This document shows positions 41,032-50,442 of a stretch of DNA of 64,000 nucleotides, in pieces (within the stretch, counting starts at the first letter, position 1; every line of letters begins with the position of its first letter). Source of the DNA: Bradyrhizobium sp. GTDB lineage: Bacteria > Pseudomonadota > Alphaproteobacteria > Rhizobiales > Xanthobacteraceae. The DNA is taken from the NCBI GenBank assembly GCA_035652015.1, contig DASREP010000050.1, positions 11,876-75,875 of the forward strand, read 5' to 3'. A program made the translations under genes and the position numbers. A model generated the notes under the pieces. The model was not told where the DNA came from and made no database searches. It was given only the letters and a program-made list of their open reading frames with translations.

Positions 41032-42165
41032 TCATTCCGCGATCAGTGCATTCATATGCTCGATGGCGTCCAGAAAATCCTCCTTGAATTCCTGCACCAC
41101 GGCGCCGGCCGATTTCACGCTGTCGATCAGGCCGACGCCCTGGCCGACGAAGTAGCTCACGAGGTCGCGCGCCTTGGCGTTGCCGCTGGCAGCTGCGCGG
41201 TCGATGGAATGGAAGGCGTCACGGCTGATGATGCTCTGCAGCGGCATCGGCAGCGCGCCCGGGCTGTCCTCGCCGCGGTCCCAGGCATCGGTCCACACCG
41301 AGCGCAATTGGCGCGCCGGCTTGCCGGTGCGTCCCCTGGAACGCACCGCGTCGCGCGAGGAGGCCGCGATCATCTTCTCGCGGAAGATCTCAGTGGTCTC
41401 GGATTCGACGGTGGAGAGCCAGACCGAGCCGGTCCAGGCGCCCGCTGCACCCATGGCCATGCAGGCTGCCATCTGTCGCCCGGTCATGATGCCGCCGGCG
41501 GCGAGCACCGGCACGTCGCGGATGGGCTTGATCGCCTTGATCACCTCCGGGACCAGCACCATGGTCGAGACCTCGCCGCAATGGCCGCCGGCTTCGGTGC
41601 CCTGCACCACGAGGATGTCGACCCCGGCCGCGACCTGGCGCAGCGCGTGCTCCTTGGCACCGACGAGCGCTGCGACCGGAACGCCGTGCGTCTTGCCCAT
41701 CTCGATCATGGCCCTGGGCGGCACGCCAAGCGCGTTCGCAATCAGCCGGATCGGATGACGGAACGAGACCTCCAGAAGCTTGAGCGCGGTTTCGCCGTCG
41801 AACGGCTGCGGCTGGTCGTCGGCGGTCGTGGTGGTTGCCAGCTCGATGTCATATTTCTTCAGGAGCTTGCGGGTGAAGTCGCGATGCTGCTCCGGGATGC
41901 GCGCCTCCAGGCTGTGCCAGGTGACGTGCGTCTCGCCGGCGGTGGAGATGTTCTCCGGGATCAGCACGTCGACGCCATAGGGCTTGCCGTCGACATGGTC
42001 GTCGATCCATTTCAGCTCCTGCTCGATGCTCTCAGGCGAATGCACGGTCGCGCCCAGCACGCCAAAGCCGCCGGCTCGGCTTACGGCCGCCACCACGTCG
42101 CGGCAATGGCTGAAGGCGAGCAGCGGAAACTCGATGCCCAGCATCTCGCAGATCGGCGATTTCAT
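41032..42165 (-). CDS. nitronate monooxygenase / FabK-like FMN oxidoreductase
   Basis: AVSRAGGFGVLG, QGTEAGGHCG, LAAGGI and GQGVG motifs. Confidence 0.88.
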   Translation of the reverse strand: MKSPICEMLGIEFPLLAFSHCRDVVAAVSRAGGFGVLGATVHSPESIEQELKWIDDHVDGKPYGVDVLIPENISTAGETHVTWHSLEARIPEQHRDFTRKLLKKYDIELATTTTADDQPQPFDGETALKLLEVSFRHPIRLIANALGVPPRAMIEMGKTHGVPVAALVGAKEHALRQVAAGVDILVVQGTEAGGHCGEVSTMVLVPEVIKAIKPIRDVPVLAAGGIMTGRQMAACMAMGAAGAWTGSVWLSTVESETTEIFREKMIAASSRDAVRSRGRTGKPARQLRSVWTDAWDRGEDSPGALPMPLQSIISRDAFHSIDRAAASGNAKARDLVSYFVGQGVGLIDSVKSAGAVVQEFKEDFLDAIEHMNALIAE

Positions 42166-42333
42166 TGGCGCGCACTCCGTCAGGGCAGCTTCGGCTGCTC
42201 GTGTTGCTTTGAAGGATCAGCAAACGCTAGCGCATTGCGGAGGTTCAGGCCAAGCGCGATTTGGTTCACGCATTCCGCCCAGCAAAATATGCGTGTGGCG
42301 CCGGGGCGCCCGACACTCTGGCAGCGACCGGAG

Positions 42334-44970
42334 CTAAGCCACCGCCTGCCGCGCAATCGCCCGATGCGGCTCGAAGTTCAGCTCGGTGAGCGGCGCCGGC
42401 TTGGCGAAAAAGTAGCCCTGGCCCAGCGAGATGCCGAGCGCGCGGACCTTCTCGACCTGCTCGCGTGTCTCGATGCCTTCGGCGACGATGGCAAGGTTCA
42501 GCGTCTTGGCAAGCTGCACGATCGAGGCGAGCACGGCAACGGTCTCGGGGCGGCCGATCCGGTCGATGAAGGACTTGTCGATCTTGACCTTGTTGAACGG
42601 AAAGGCGGTCAGATAGGACAGCGACGAGTAGCCGACGCCGAAATCGTCAAGCGCGATTGCCACGCCCAGCTTGCGCAACCGCTGCAGCGTCTTGAGGTTC
42701 TCGTTGCTGTCGGCCAGGAACACGCTTTCGGTGATCTCGAGCTCCAGCCGCGGTTCGGGCAGGCGGGAGTCGACCAGGGCGAAGATCACGGAGTCGACCA
42801 CGTCGCTGGTGGCGAACTGGGTCGCAGACAGGTTGACCGCCACCTTGATCTCGTCGGGCATCTTGGTGGCGTCGGAACAGGCCTTGGCAAGCACCAGATT
42901 GCCGAGCTCGATGATCAGTCCGCCGTCCTCCGCAACCGGAATGAACTCGGCGGGCGGGATGAAGCCGCGGCTCGGATGCTGCCAGCGCGCCAGCGCCTCG
43001 ACGGATCTGGTCTGCCCGGTCTCGAGATCGACAATGGGCTGGTAGAACACCTCGATCTCCTCGCGCCAGATCGCTTCGCGCAGCTCGATTTCGAGAATGT
43101 TGCGCTGGTCTGCCTCCGCCTTGAGCTTGTCCGAATAGACACTGAAGCAGTTGCGGCCGGAGCTCTTCGATTTGTACAGCGCCAGATCGGCGTTGCGCAG
43201 GATCTGGTCGATCCGCGTGCCGTGCTCGGGTACGAGCGCGATGCCGATACTGCATCCGATCACGACCGGGTGGCCGTCGATCTCGAACGGCGCAGCAAGC
43301 GCGTTCACCAGGCGGCTGGCCAGCGTCGCCGCGCCGTCCCGCAGGTCGCCATCGCCGGGCATCACGATCAGCGCGAATTCGTCGCCGCCGATTCGCGCCG
43401 CGGTATCGACTTCCCGGATCTCCGTCCTGATCCGGCCGGCGACTTCCTTCAGGAGCGTGTCGCCGGATTGATGGCCGAGCACGTCGTTGACCGCCTTGAA
43501 CTTGTCGAGGTCGAGCAGCAGCACGGCAAAGCGCGCGTCGAAGCGACGGTACCGCGCCAGCGCTTCCTCGACGCGATCCTTGAAGAGGTTGCGGTTGGCC
43601 AGCGACGTGAGGCTGTCATAATGCGCGAGCTTCTCGATCCGATCCTCCGAGGCCTTGCGCTGGGTGATGTCCTCATGGGTCGCAACCCAGCCGCCGTCGA
43701 GGCGACGGCCGTAGGAGATGTGGACGACACGGCCATCGCGGAACGTCACCGTGTTCGAGACCTGCTCCGATGCGGCGAGCCGCTGCTTGAGATCGGACAG
43801 ATAGAGGTCAAGGTCGGGCACGGCAGTCTGGTCGGTGAACACCTCGTGGAATCGCATGCCGATGCGGATGCGCTCCGGCCGCAGATGATAGAGATCGAGA
43901 TATTGCCTGTTGAACGCTATCAGGCGCCCGCTGCCGTCGAACATGCTCAGGCCCTGCGGCAGGTTGCGCAGCGCGTCCTCGAACTTGCCTGCCGTCTCGC
44001 GCAATTCGCGCTGGGCGCGGTCGAGCGCCTGTTGCCGCCGCCAGTGCAACGCGGTCGCGACGATGATGACGGCGGTCAGAAGCAGCGCCCCGAGCAGATA
44101 GAATCTCTGCCGGTGCTCATAGCGCGAATAGATCTCGTTCTTGGAAATCCCGACGGTGAAGAGCAGGGGATACAGCTGTGATCTGCGCGCCGTAATCAGC
44201 CGGTCGCTGCGGCCCTCGCGGCTGACGCTCCAATACTGGCCTGAGCTGCTGTCCCCCAGGGCTACTGGAATCTGGCCGGGCGCGCGCTGTCCGAGCAGCG
44301 TGTTCTGATCGATGCCGCGCGCCGCCAGGACGACGTAATCTGCGTTCCTGAGCACGAGGCTGCCGCCGTCGCCGAGCCCCGCTGTGTCGTAGAACCGGCC
44401 GACCATGTCGACATCGATCGAGCCGACGATGACCCCGGCGGGAGCCCGATCGGAGCTCACGAGCTTTCGCGCAAGCTGAATGGTCCATTTCTTGGAGGCA
44501 CGCCCGAGGACCGGCTTTGCCACATAAAGCTGATCGTCAGGCTGGACGAGCGTACCCTTGAAGTGCTCGCGGTCTCCGAGGTAGAGCGGCGGACCGGAAT
44601 AGCCCGACGTGTTGTCGAACATGTAGCCGTCGAGCCCGATCATGGAGAACTGGACGACGTCGCCGCTGGCGATGCGGGCCTTGTCGGCCCAGAATTTTAG
44701 GCTGAATGTCTTGGGGTCGCGCGCATACAGCGCGCGCACCACCAGCAGCGATTGATCGACCCGCTCGAATATCCGCTCGGTATTCTCCTGGAACAGGCTT
44801 GCAATGCTGTCGCCATGCGAACGCGCCTGCTGCAGCGCATCAGCCCTTTCCGAAGCGGTAAGCGCGAAATAGCCGATCCACAAAATGGGCAAGAATAACA
44901 GCGCCATCTGCAGCGGATGGCTCCGCCATATCGTCTTCGCGACTTTGAGGGTCAAGCTGCGGATCGCCAT
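42334..44970 (-). CDS. membrane-anchored Cache-PAS-GGDEF-EAL c-di-GMP enzyme
   Basis: Two TM segments flanking a Cache-like region, PAS (GGWVATHEDIT), REVD I-site with GGDEF, EAL and DDFGVGYSSL. Confidence 0.93.
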   Translation of the reverse strand: MAIRSLTLKVAKTIWRSHPLQMALLFLPILWIGYFALTASERADALQQARSHGDSIASLFQENTERIFERVDQSLLVVRALYARDPKTFSLKFWADKARIASGDVVQFSMIGLDGYMFDNTSGYSGPPLYLGDREHFKGTLVQPDDQLYVAKPVLGRASKKWTIQLARKLVSSDRAPAGVIVGSIDVDMVGRFYDTAGLGDGGSLVLRNADYVVLAARGIDQNTLLGQRAPGQIPVALGDSSSGQYWSVSREGRSDRLITARRSQLYPLLFTVGISKNEIYSRYEHRQRFYLLGALLLTAVIIVATALHWRRQQALDRAQRELRETAGKFEDALRNLPQGLSMFDGSGRLIAFNRQYLDLYHLRPERIRIGMRFHEVFTDQTAVPDLDLYLSDLKQRLAASEQVSNTVTFRDGRVVHISYGRRLDGGWVATHEDITQRKASEDRIEKLAHYDSLTSLANRNLFKDRVEEALARYRRFDARFAVLLLDLDKFKAVNDVLGHQSGDTLLKEVAGRIRTEIREVDTAARIGGDEFALIVMPGDGDLRDGAATLASRLVNALAAPFEIDGHPVVIGCSIGIALVPEHGTRIDQILRNADLALYKSKSSGRNCFSVYSDKLKAEADQRNILEIELREAIWREEIEVFYQPIVDLETGQTRSVEALARWQHPSRGFIPPAEFIPVAEDGGLIIELGNLVLAKACSDATKMPDEIKVAVNLSATQFATSDVVDSVIFALVDSRLPEPRLELEITESVFLADSNENLKTLQRLRKLGVAIALDDFGVGYSSLSYLTAFPFNKVKIDKSFIDRIGRPETVAVLASIVQLAKTLNLAIVAEGIETREQVEKVRALGISLGQGYFFAKPAPLTELNFEPHRAIARQAVA

Positions 44971-45186
44971 GACGGCGCCATGTCATGGCAAATGGTGAGG
45001 GAGGGCGCGCGCGGCAGCCGGCAGGCGCAATAAAGGCGAGAACAACATGGTGACGCTCCGCCGTGGATCGCTGGGCCGTCGGGCTGCGACGAGGAAGGCT
45101 CTGGTTCAAAAATGTCCTAATTGAACAACGGGAAACAGTAGCGCTCCGTTCTTAAATCTTTGTTCCAGAGCTGATCCAGGATGAGT

Positions 45187-45216
45187 GAAAAATCCCGTAA
45201 GATTACGGGATTTTTC
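45187..45216. terminator. perfect 14-bp-arm inverted repeat; probable intrinsic terminator or operator
   Basis: GAAAAATCCCGTAA-GA-TTACGGGATTTTTC, 25 bp after the flavin reductase stop and upstream of the GGDEF-EAL gene. Confidence 0.6.
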
Positions 45217-45241
45217 TGCAAATCTGTCTCTTGAGTTGAGC

Positions 45242-45859
45242 TTATCCGCGGGTCGCGCCCTGCGCCGCCGGAAACACCACGCGATCGTCGGTACGGCAGT
45301 AGCGATCGGCAAACATTCGTCCGATCGGATGGTAGCGATCCATGTGCACGCGCATGGCCTCGCTATCCCAGAGCTCGTCGCGAATATAGAAATGGACACC
45401 TTCGCCCATGATGAGCTGGCGGTCGCCATTGACGTCGATCGTCTTCCAGACCTTGCATTCCATCGCCCACGGCGCGTCAGCAAGCCGGGGCGGGCTCACT
45501 CGGGACGACGGCGCGAGCTTGAGCCCGAGATAATTTGGCTCACCGATCTCGGGCGGAAAGTCGCCGCTCGACTCGTGCATCGCGCGTGCCAGCGGCTCGT
45601 CGGCAATGTGCACCACGAACTCGCCGGTGCGCCCGATATTGGCGAGCGTGTCCTTGATGCGTCCGTCGGGCCGCGCGTTGACGGCGATCATGCAGAGCGG
45701 CGGATCTTCGCAGAACACGTTGAAGAAGCTGAACGGCGCGGCGTTGACCACGCCGCTCGGACCAAGCGAGGTCACCCAGGCGATCGGTCGCGGCAGCACG
45801 AAGGAGGTGAGCACCTTGTAGCGCTCGCGGGGCGACAAGTCGGCGGCGTCGTATTGCAT
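45242..45859 (-). CDS. flavin reductase-like FMN-binding protein
   Basis: PRPIAWVTS, NAAPFSFFN and KDTLANI...GEFVV motifs. Confidence 0.9.
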   Translation of the reverse strand: MQYDAADLSPRERYKVLTSFVLPRPIAWVTSLGPSGVVNAAPFSFFNVFCEDPPLCMIAVNARPDGRIKDTLANIGRTGEFVVHIADEPLARAMHESSGDFPPEIGEPNYLGLKLAPSSRVSPPRLADAPWAMECKVWKTIDVNGDRQLIMGEGVHFYIRDELWDSEAMRVHMDRYHPIGRMFADRYCRTDDRVVFPAAQGATRG

Positions 45860-46079
45860 TTTTGGTGATCCGGTTTGCGTTGCCGAAAATACTAACCGGC
45901 CGGTTGGTTCCGATAAAGGGCGAGGGCGACGGAGCGCGCCGGGGTCCTGGCATCGATCCCTGCGCTGATCCGGTCGGTTCCATTTTCGGTTTTCGATCAG
46001 TGTGTCCACCTGGGTACAGCCCGGGGTAGCAGAGGTCGGCTATCCTTTGAGTCGGTTGCGATCAAACGGGGGACAGGCC

Positions 46080-47708
46080 ATGACGCGATGGTCGGGGGTG
46101 ATTGCTTTGCTGGCGCTCGGCTGCGCGGCGCAGCCCGGCTCCGCCGCTGATCTCGCTATGCGCCCTGTGACCAAGGCGCCTCCGCCTGCGGTCTCCGACT
46201 GGAGCGGGTTCTATATCGGCGGCGATATCGGATTTCGCAGCGATCGCACCGATGTGACCACCGACAGCCTGGCCTTTGGCGGATTCCCCACCTTCAGCAC
46301 GGGTACCGCAACCTCGCAGCCGATGGACGGGACGGGAGTCCGCGGCGGTATCTATGGCGGCTATAACTGGCAATTCGCGCCGACCTGGGTGGCGGGCGTT
46401 GAGGCCGATGTCGGCTGGGCGCGTCCGTCGGCGACGCTCAACGGCGTGTTTCTCCCGGGCAATGCGTTCCTCATGCCTGGCGATCCCAGTGCATCGCTTA
46501 CGGCGCGCTCGACCTGGGATGCCGGTATCCGCGGACGGCTCGGCTACCTCGTCACGCCGGCGACGATGGTCTATGTCACAGGCGGCGCAGCCTGGCTGCA
46601 TCTCGAAACCAGCGCGACCTGCAGCGTCCTGATCTGTGGCACGCCGGTGGTGAGCTTTTCCAATTCCTCGACGCCTGTTGGCTGGACCGTCGGCGGGGGC
46701 GTCGAGACCAGGCTGTGGGGCAACTGGCTGGCGCGGGCGGAGTATCGCTATGCCGATTTTGGCAGCGTCACCTATAGCGACGTCAGTCCGCTCGGAGTGA
46801 CCGCCACCTACGAAGACAAGGTGAGAACCCATACCGCGCTGTTCGGGCTCGCCTACAAATTCGGACCTGGCTGGACGCCCGCCGGGCCTGTCGCACCGGC
46901 GTTCCCCACCAAGGCGCCGGCGATTGCTCCCGTCAACTGGTCGGGTGCCTATGCCGGCCTTGATCTCGGCCTGCGCTCCAGCATGACGAACGCGACCGAG
47001 AATGGTGTGACCATCAACGGCGCGGCGGCGCCCTGCGTGTTCGCCGGGTTCGTTCCGCCCCGGTCCTGCGTCTCCTCTGAGCCGATGAATGGATCGGCCT
47101 TCCGGCTCGGCGGCCATCTTGGTTATGACTGGCAAATCTCGCCGCAATGGCTGGTCGGTATCGAGGGCGATGCAGGGTGGGCCGATCGAACCGTCACCTT
47201 CCATGGCAGCGCGCTACCCGGCAACATCAACGGCTTCCTGTTTCCGATCGGCAGCTTCTCGGGGCTGCAGGGCGATTCCTTCAGCGTGAAGTCCACATGG
47301 GACGCAAGCCTGCGCGGCCGTGTCGGCGTGCTGGCGACGCCGTCACTCTTGATCTACGCAACCGGCGGCGCGGCGTGGCTGCATTTTGAATCGACGTCGT
47401 CATGTGGCCTCAGTCCGGTCGGCGACTGCTTCACCACCATGTCGCCACTGTCGATCACCAATGCCACGACCAAGCTCGGCTGGACCCTCGGCGGCGGCGG
47501 CGAGACCAGGCTGTGGAGCAACTGGTTCGGTCGTGCCGAATACCGCTATGCGGACTACGGCAATGTCAGCTACGTCAATACCGTCTTCAATGCAGGTTTC
47601 GGAGGCTTTGGCCCGTTCATTTACAACGACACTTACTCGCTGCATATGCGCACCCACACGCTGAACTTCGGTCTCAGCTACAAGTTCTGGGATGGGCCGC
47701 GCACCTAG
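46080..47708 (+). CDS. outer-membrane protein with two tandem Omp25/RopB-like beta-barrel domains
   Basis: Signal peptide then ADL..TKAP. The unit WSG.Y.G...RGR.G...GWT.GGG.E...RAEYRYAD.G...YKF occurs twice. Confidence 0.88.
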   Translation: MTRWSGVIALLALGCAAQPGSAADLAMRPVTKAPPPAVSDWSGFYIGGDIGFRSDRTDVTTDSLAFGGFPTFSTGTATSQPMDGTGVRGGIYGGYNWQFAPTWVAGVEADVGWARPSATLNGVFLPGNAFLMPGDPSASLTARSTWDAGIRGRLGYLVTPATMVYVTGGAAWLHLETSATCSVLICGTPVVSFSNSSTPVGWTVGGGVETRLWGNWLARAEYRYADFGSVTYSDVSPLGVTATYEDKVRTHTALFGLAYKFGPGWTPAGPVAPAFPTKAPAIAPVNWSGAYAGLDLGLRSSMTNATENGVTINGAAAPCVFAGFVPPRSCVSSEPMNGSAFRLGGHLGYDWQISPQWLVGIEGDAGWADRTVTFHGSALPGNINGFLFPIGSFSGLQGDSFSVKSTWDASLRGRVGVLATPSLLIYATGGAAWLHFESTSSCGLSPVGDCFTTMSPLSITNATTKLGWTLGGGGETRLWSNWFGRAEYRYADYGNVSYVNTVFNAGFGGFGPFIYNDTYSLHMRTHTLNFGLSYKFWDGPRT

Positions 47709-47985
47709 TTTTTGCGCTTCGCCTCCTGGCCTTGTCGACACGTAACGGATTGCGGCCTTTTGACGTCTCTCGCCGGAAGCTCTTCCGCGTGATGACGGGT
47801 TGATGTAACCTCTTGCTAGAGCCGCTCCCGGGACGTGCCGAAGCCCCGGCAATCATGGCGGCGTCAGTGGCCACGGCGGCCCTTGCAATCTCTTCGATTT
47901 TTTCAAGCCTTCAGGACAGCCCGACCCTCACGTGTTGCGGGGAGGGACTTCATTTTTCAAGCCATATCATGCGGGAGTTATCACC

Positions 47986-48321
47986 ATGCACTTCTGCCTC
48001 ACCGGACAATACACCCCACGCGCTCTCAACAATATTCTGGAAAATCCCAATCAGAGCCGCTACGAGGCGGCCAAGAAGCTGGTCGAAGCCGCCGGCGGCA
48101 AGCTGATCTCGATGTATTCGACGGCTGCCGATGGTCCGGGCGTGCTGACCATCTTTGACGTGCCCGATCCCGGCGTAGCACCGGTCATCTCCGGCCTCGT
48201 CGTGAGCGCCGGGACGCTGCAGAACGTCAAGCTGACACGCCTGTTCACGCAGGACGAGATCGTGCAGGTCCGTCAGAAGGCCACCAAGCTGCGCGCGGCC
48301 TATTCGCCGCCCGGCGGCTAG
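47986..48321 (+). CDS. GYD-domain-like small protein
   Basis: GQYT...R.EAAKKLVEAAGGKLISMY pattern; 111 aa; RBS GGGAG. Confidence 0.7.
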   Translation: MHFCLTGQYTPRALNNILENPNQSRYEAAKKLVEAAGGKLISMYSTAADGPGVLTIFDVPDPGVAPVISGLVVSAGTLQNVKLTRLFTQDEIVQVRQKATKLRAAYSPPGG

Positions 48322-48589
48322 CGGCGACAATATCGATCGTAGCAATGGATGCGAGGCGGGTGAGAGACGACAATTCGCTCGCCCCGCATGTCTTGCGATG
48401 CGCCAGCGCGCAATCCTCCTCCTGTGACATGTCGGCGAGCTTGCTGAGCAGCAGGTAACCCAGCCCGAGCGCAGCCGCGAGTGCGACAAAGAACAGCGCG
48501 AGCCTGCGGTCGGAGACCGGTCGCGGGCTCGTGTCGCCGTCCTGCGCGGGTGGCGCGCGCGAAGATTGATGTTCGTCCTCCCCCGGCAC
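48245..48589 (-). CDS. small single-TM hypothetical protein with a C-terminal Cys pair
   Basis: Acidic N-terminus, TM LALFFVALAAALGLGYLLL, then DCALAHRKTC; 3' end overlaps the GYD-like gene. Confidence 0.5.
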   Translation of the reverse strand: MPGEDEHQSSRAPPAQDGDTSPRPVSDRRLALFFVALAAALGLGYLLLSKLADMSQEEDCALAHRKTCGASELSSLTRLASIATIDIVAASRRAANRPRAAWWPSDGPARSRPA

Positions 48590-48650
48590 GGCGCTGCTTT
48601 CTTCTGATGTCTCCGCTACGTGGTCCCGGCCCTCGGGACGATGCGGATCG

Positions 48651-49430
48651 TTAGAACGCCGTATAGCCGCCGTCGATCACAAAGCAATCCGCCGTGTGAT
48701 AGGACGACGCCTTGCTCATCAGATAGACCGCAATGCCGCCGAAATCGGACGGCTCGCCGAAGCGGCGCATCGGGATGCGGGGCATCACAGCGCCGACGAA
48801 TTTGTCGTCCGCCATGATCTTCGCAGTCATGTCGCTCTTGATCCAGCCGGGCAGGATGGCGTTTGCGGTGACGCCGTAGCGGGCGAGCTCGACGCCGAGC
48901 GCGCGGCAGAGCGCGTTGAGGGCGGCCTTGGTCGCGGCGTAGTGTTCGTTGCGCGCGGTGCCAAACAGCGACGCGAGGCTTGAGGTGGCAACCAGCCGGC
49001 CGAATTTGTCGCCAGCGTTGGCGCGTTCGGTCATGTGGCGCGCGGCCGGCTGGAACGCATGGAACACGCCGTCCAGATTGGTCGCAAACATCGCGCGCCA
49101 CTCCTCCTCGGTGCGCTCGATGAAGGCGCGCCGCCCGCCGCCGCCGATCCCGGCATTGGCAAAGCAGCCATCGACACGGCCAAACGCGTCCAGCGTCGCC
49201 TTCATGGCGTCATTGACAGATGCCGCGCTCGTGACGTCGCAGACGCGAGAGTCGACCTTGCCGGGGCCGCCGGCCATGGTCGCCACGGCCGCCTGGTTCT
49301 TCTCCGCATTGCGGCCCCAGATCGAGACATTGCAGCCACTCGACGCAAGTGCCTGGGCGATGCCAAGGCCAATACCGCCATTGCCGCCGGTGACGACCGC
49401 GACGCGACCGGTAAGATCGAAGATGTTCAT
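48651..49430 (-). CDS. SDR oxidoreductase
   Basis: TGGNGGIG, ANAG, YAATK and IDGGY motifs. Confidence 0.93.
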   Translation of the reverse strand: MNIFDLTGRVAVVTGGNGGIGLGIAQALASSGCNVSIWGRNAEKNQAAVATMAGGPGKVDSRVCDVTSAASVNDAMKATLDAFGRVDGCFANAGIGGGGRRAFIERTEEEWRAMFATNLDGVFHAFQPAARHMTERANAGDKFGRLVATSSLASLFGTARNEHYAATKAALNALCRALGVELARYGVTANAILPGWIKSDMTAKIMADDKFVGAVMPRIPMRRFGEPSDFGGIAVYLMSKASSYHTADCFVIDGGYTAF

Positions 49431-49644
49431 GAGCGTGTCCTTGTTGAGCTTTTTCTGCGGGGCTTTTTGTTTGCATGACGCACGTCAGCCGTGCATCTAG
49501 AGGAGGTCGTTGTTCGCCGGCAAGCATGGACAAGGGCGCGGCAAAAATCAAATATGCGGTATGAAATCTGTGATGGTCCGCACTGCGGAATTCGGGTGCA
49601 ACGGACCACCGCGCGCAATGATCACAAGGGATCAAGAGGAAACC

Positions 49645-50442
49645 ATGCAATTCAAGCACTGCACGCTCGATATGGACGGAACGGTCGCGGTCCTCAGGCT
49701 CGATCACCAGGAGGTCATGAACGCGGTCTCGATGGACATGCTCGGCGGCCTTGCCGAGGCGCTGGACGAGATCGAGGCCAACAAGGCCAATGTGCGCTGC
49801 GTGGTGCTGACCGGCGCGGGCCGTGCCTTCTGCACCGGCGCCAATCTGCAGGGCCGCAACAATCAGCCGCAGAAGCCGGGCCGCAGCAATGCCGGTGCAG
49901 CACTGGAGACCGCGTTCCATCCATTCCTGCGGCGCATCCGCAACCTGCATTGCCCGCTGGTCACAGCCGTCAACGGACCTGCGGCCGGCGCGGGCATGAG
50001 CTTTGCGCTGCTCGGCGACATGATCCTGGTCGCGCGCTCTGCCTATTTCCTGCAGGCCTTCCGCCGCATCGGGCTGGTGCCGGATTGCGGCTCGACCTGG
50101 CTGCTGCCGCGCCTGGTCGGCAAGGCGCGCGCCATCGAACTGTCGCTGATGGGCGAGCGGCTGCCCGCGGAGAAGGCGCTGGAATGGGGGCTCATCAACC
50201 GCGTCCATGACGATGCGGTGCTGATGGAAGAGGCGATGAAGCTCGCGCGCGAGCTGGCGAGCGGGCCGACGGTCGCGCTCTCCTTGATCCGCAAGCTCTA
50301 TTGGGACAGCGAGGAGAATTCCTTCGAGGAGCAGCTGAACCTGGAATATCAGTCGCAACGCGTCGCGGGCGCGACCGAGGATTTCCGGGAGGGCGTCGCG
50401 GCCTTCCTGGAAAAGCGCCCGGCGAAATTCGCGGGCAAATGA
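49645..50442 (+). CDS. enoyl-CoA hydratase/isomerase (PaaG-like subfamily)
   Basis: AFCTGANL, VNGPAAGAG and IGLVPDCGSTWLLPRLVG motifs. Confidence 0.88.
   Translation: MQFKHCTLDMDGTVAVLRLDHQEVMNAVSMDMLGGLAEALDEIEANKANVRCVVLTGAGRAFCTGANLQGRNNQPQKPGRSNAGAALETAFHPFLRRIRNLHCPLVTAVNGPAAGAGMSFALLGDMILVARSAYFLQAFRRIGLVPDCGSTWLLPRLVGKARAIELSLMGERLPAEKALEWGLINRVHDDAVLMEEAMKLARELASGPTVALSLIRKLYWDSEENSFEEQLNLEYQSQRVAGATEDFREGVAAFLEKRPAKFAGK

Noticed and set aside
40342-44181. 1279-aa plus-strand ORF
   Set aside because: Antisense shadow of the thiolase-like, nitronate monooxygenase and GGDEF-EAL genes. It runs through a repeat and has no recognisable motifs; such ORFs are expected at high GC.
49471-49487. 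GTCATGCAA 9-mer shared with 52765-52773, and a TGAC-N4-GTCA palindrome
   Set aside because: Only two short occurrences, which cannot be told from chance or promoter elements without a statistical test.
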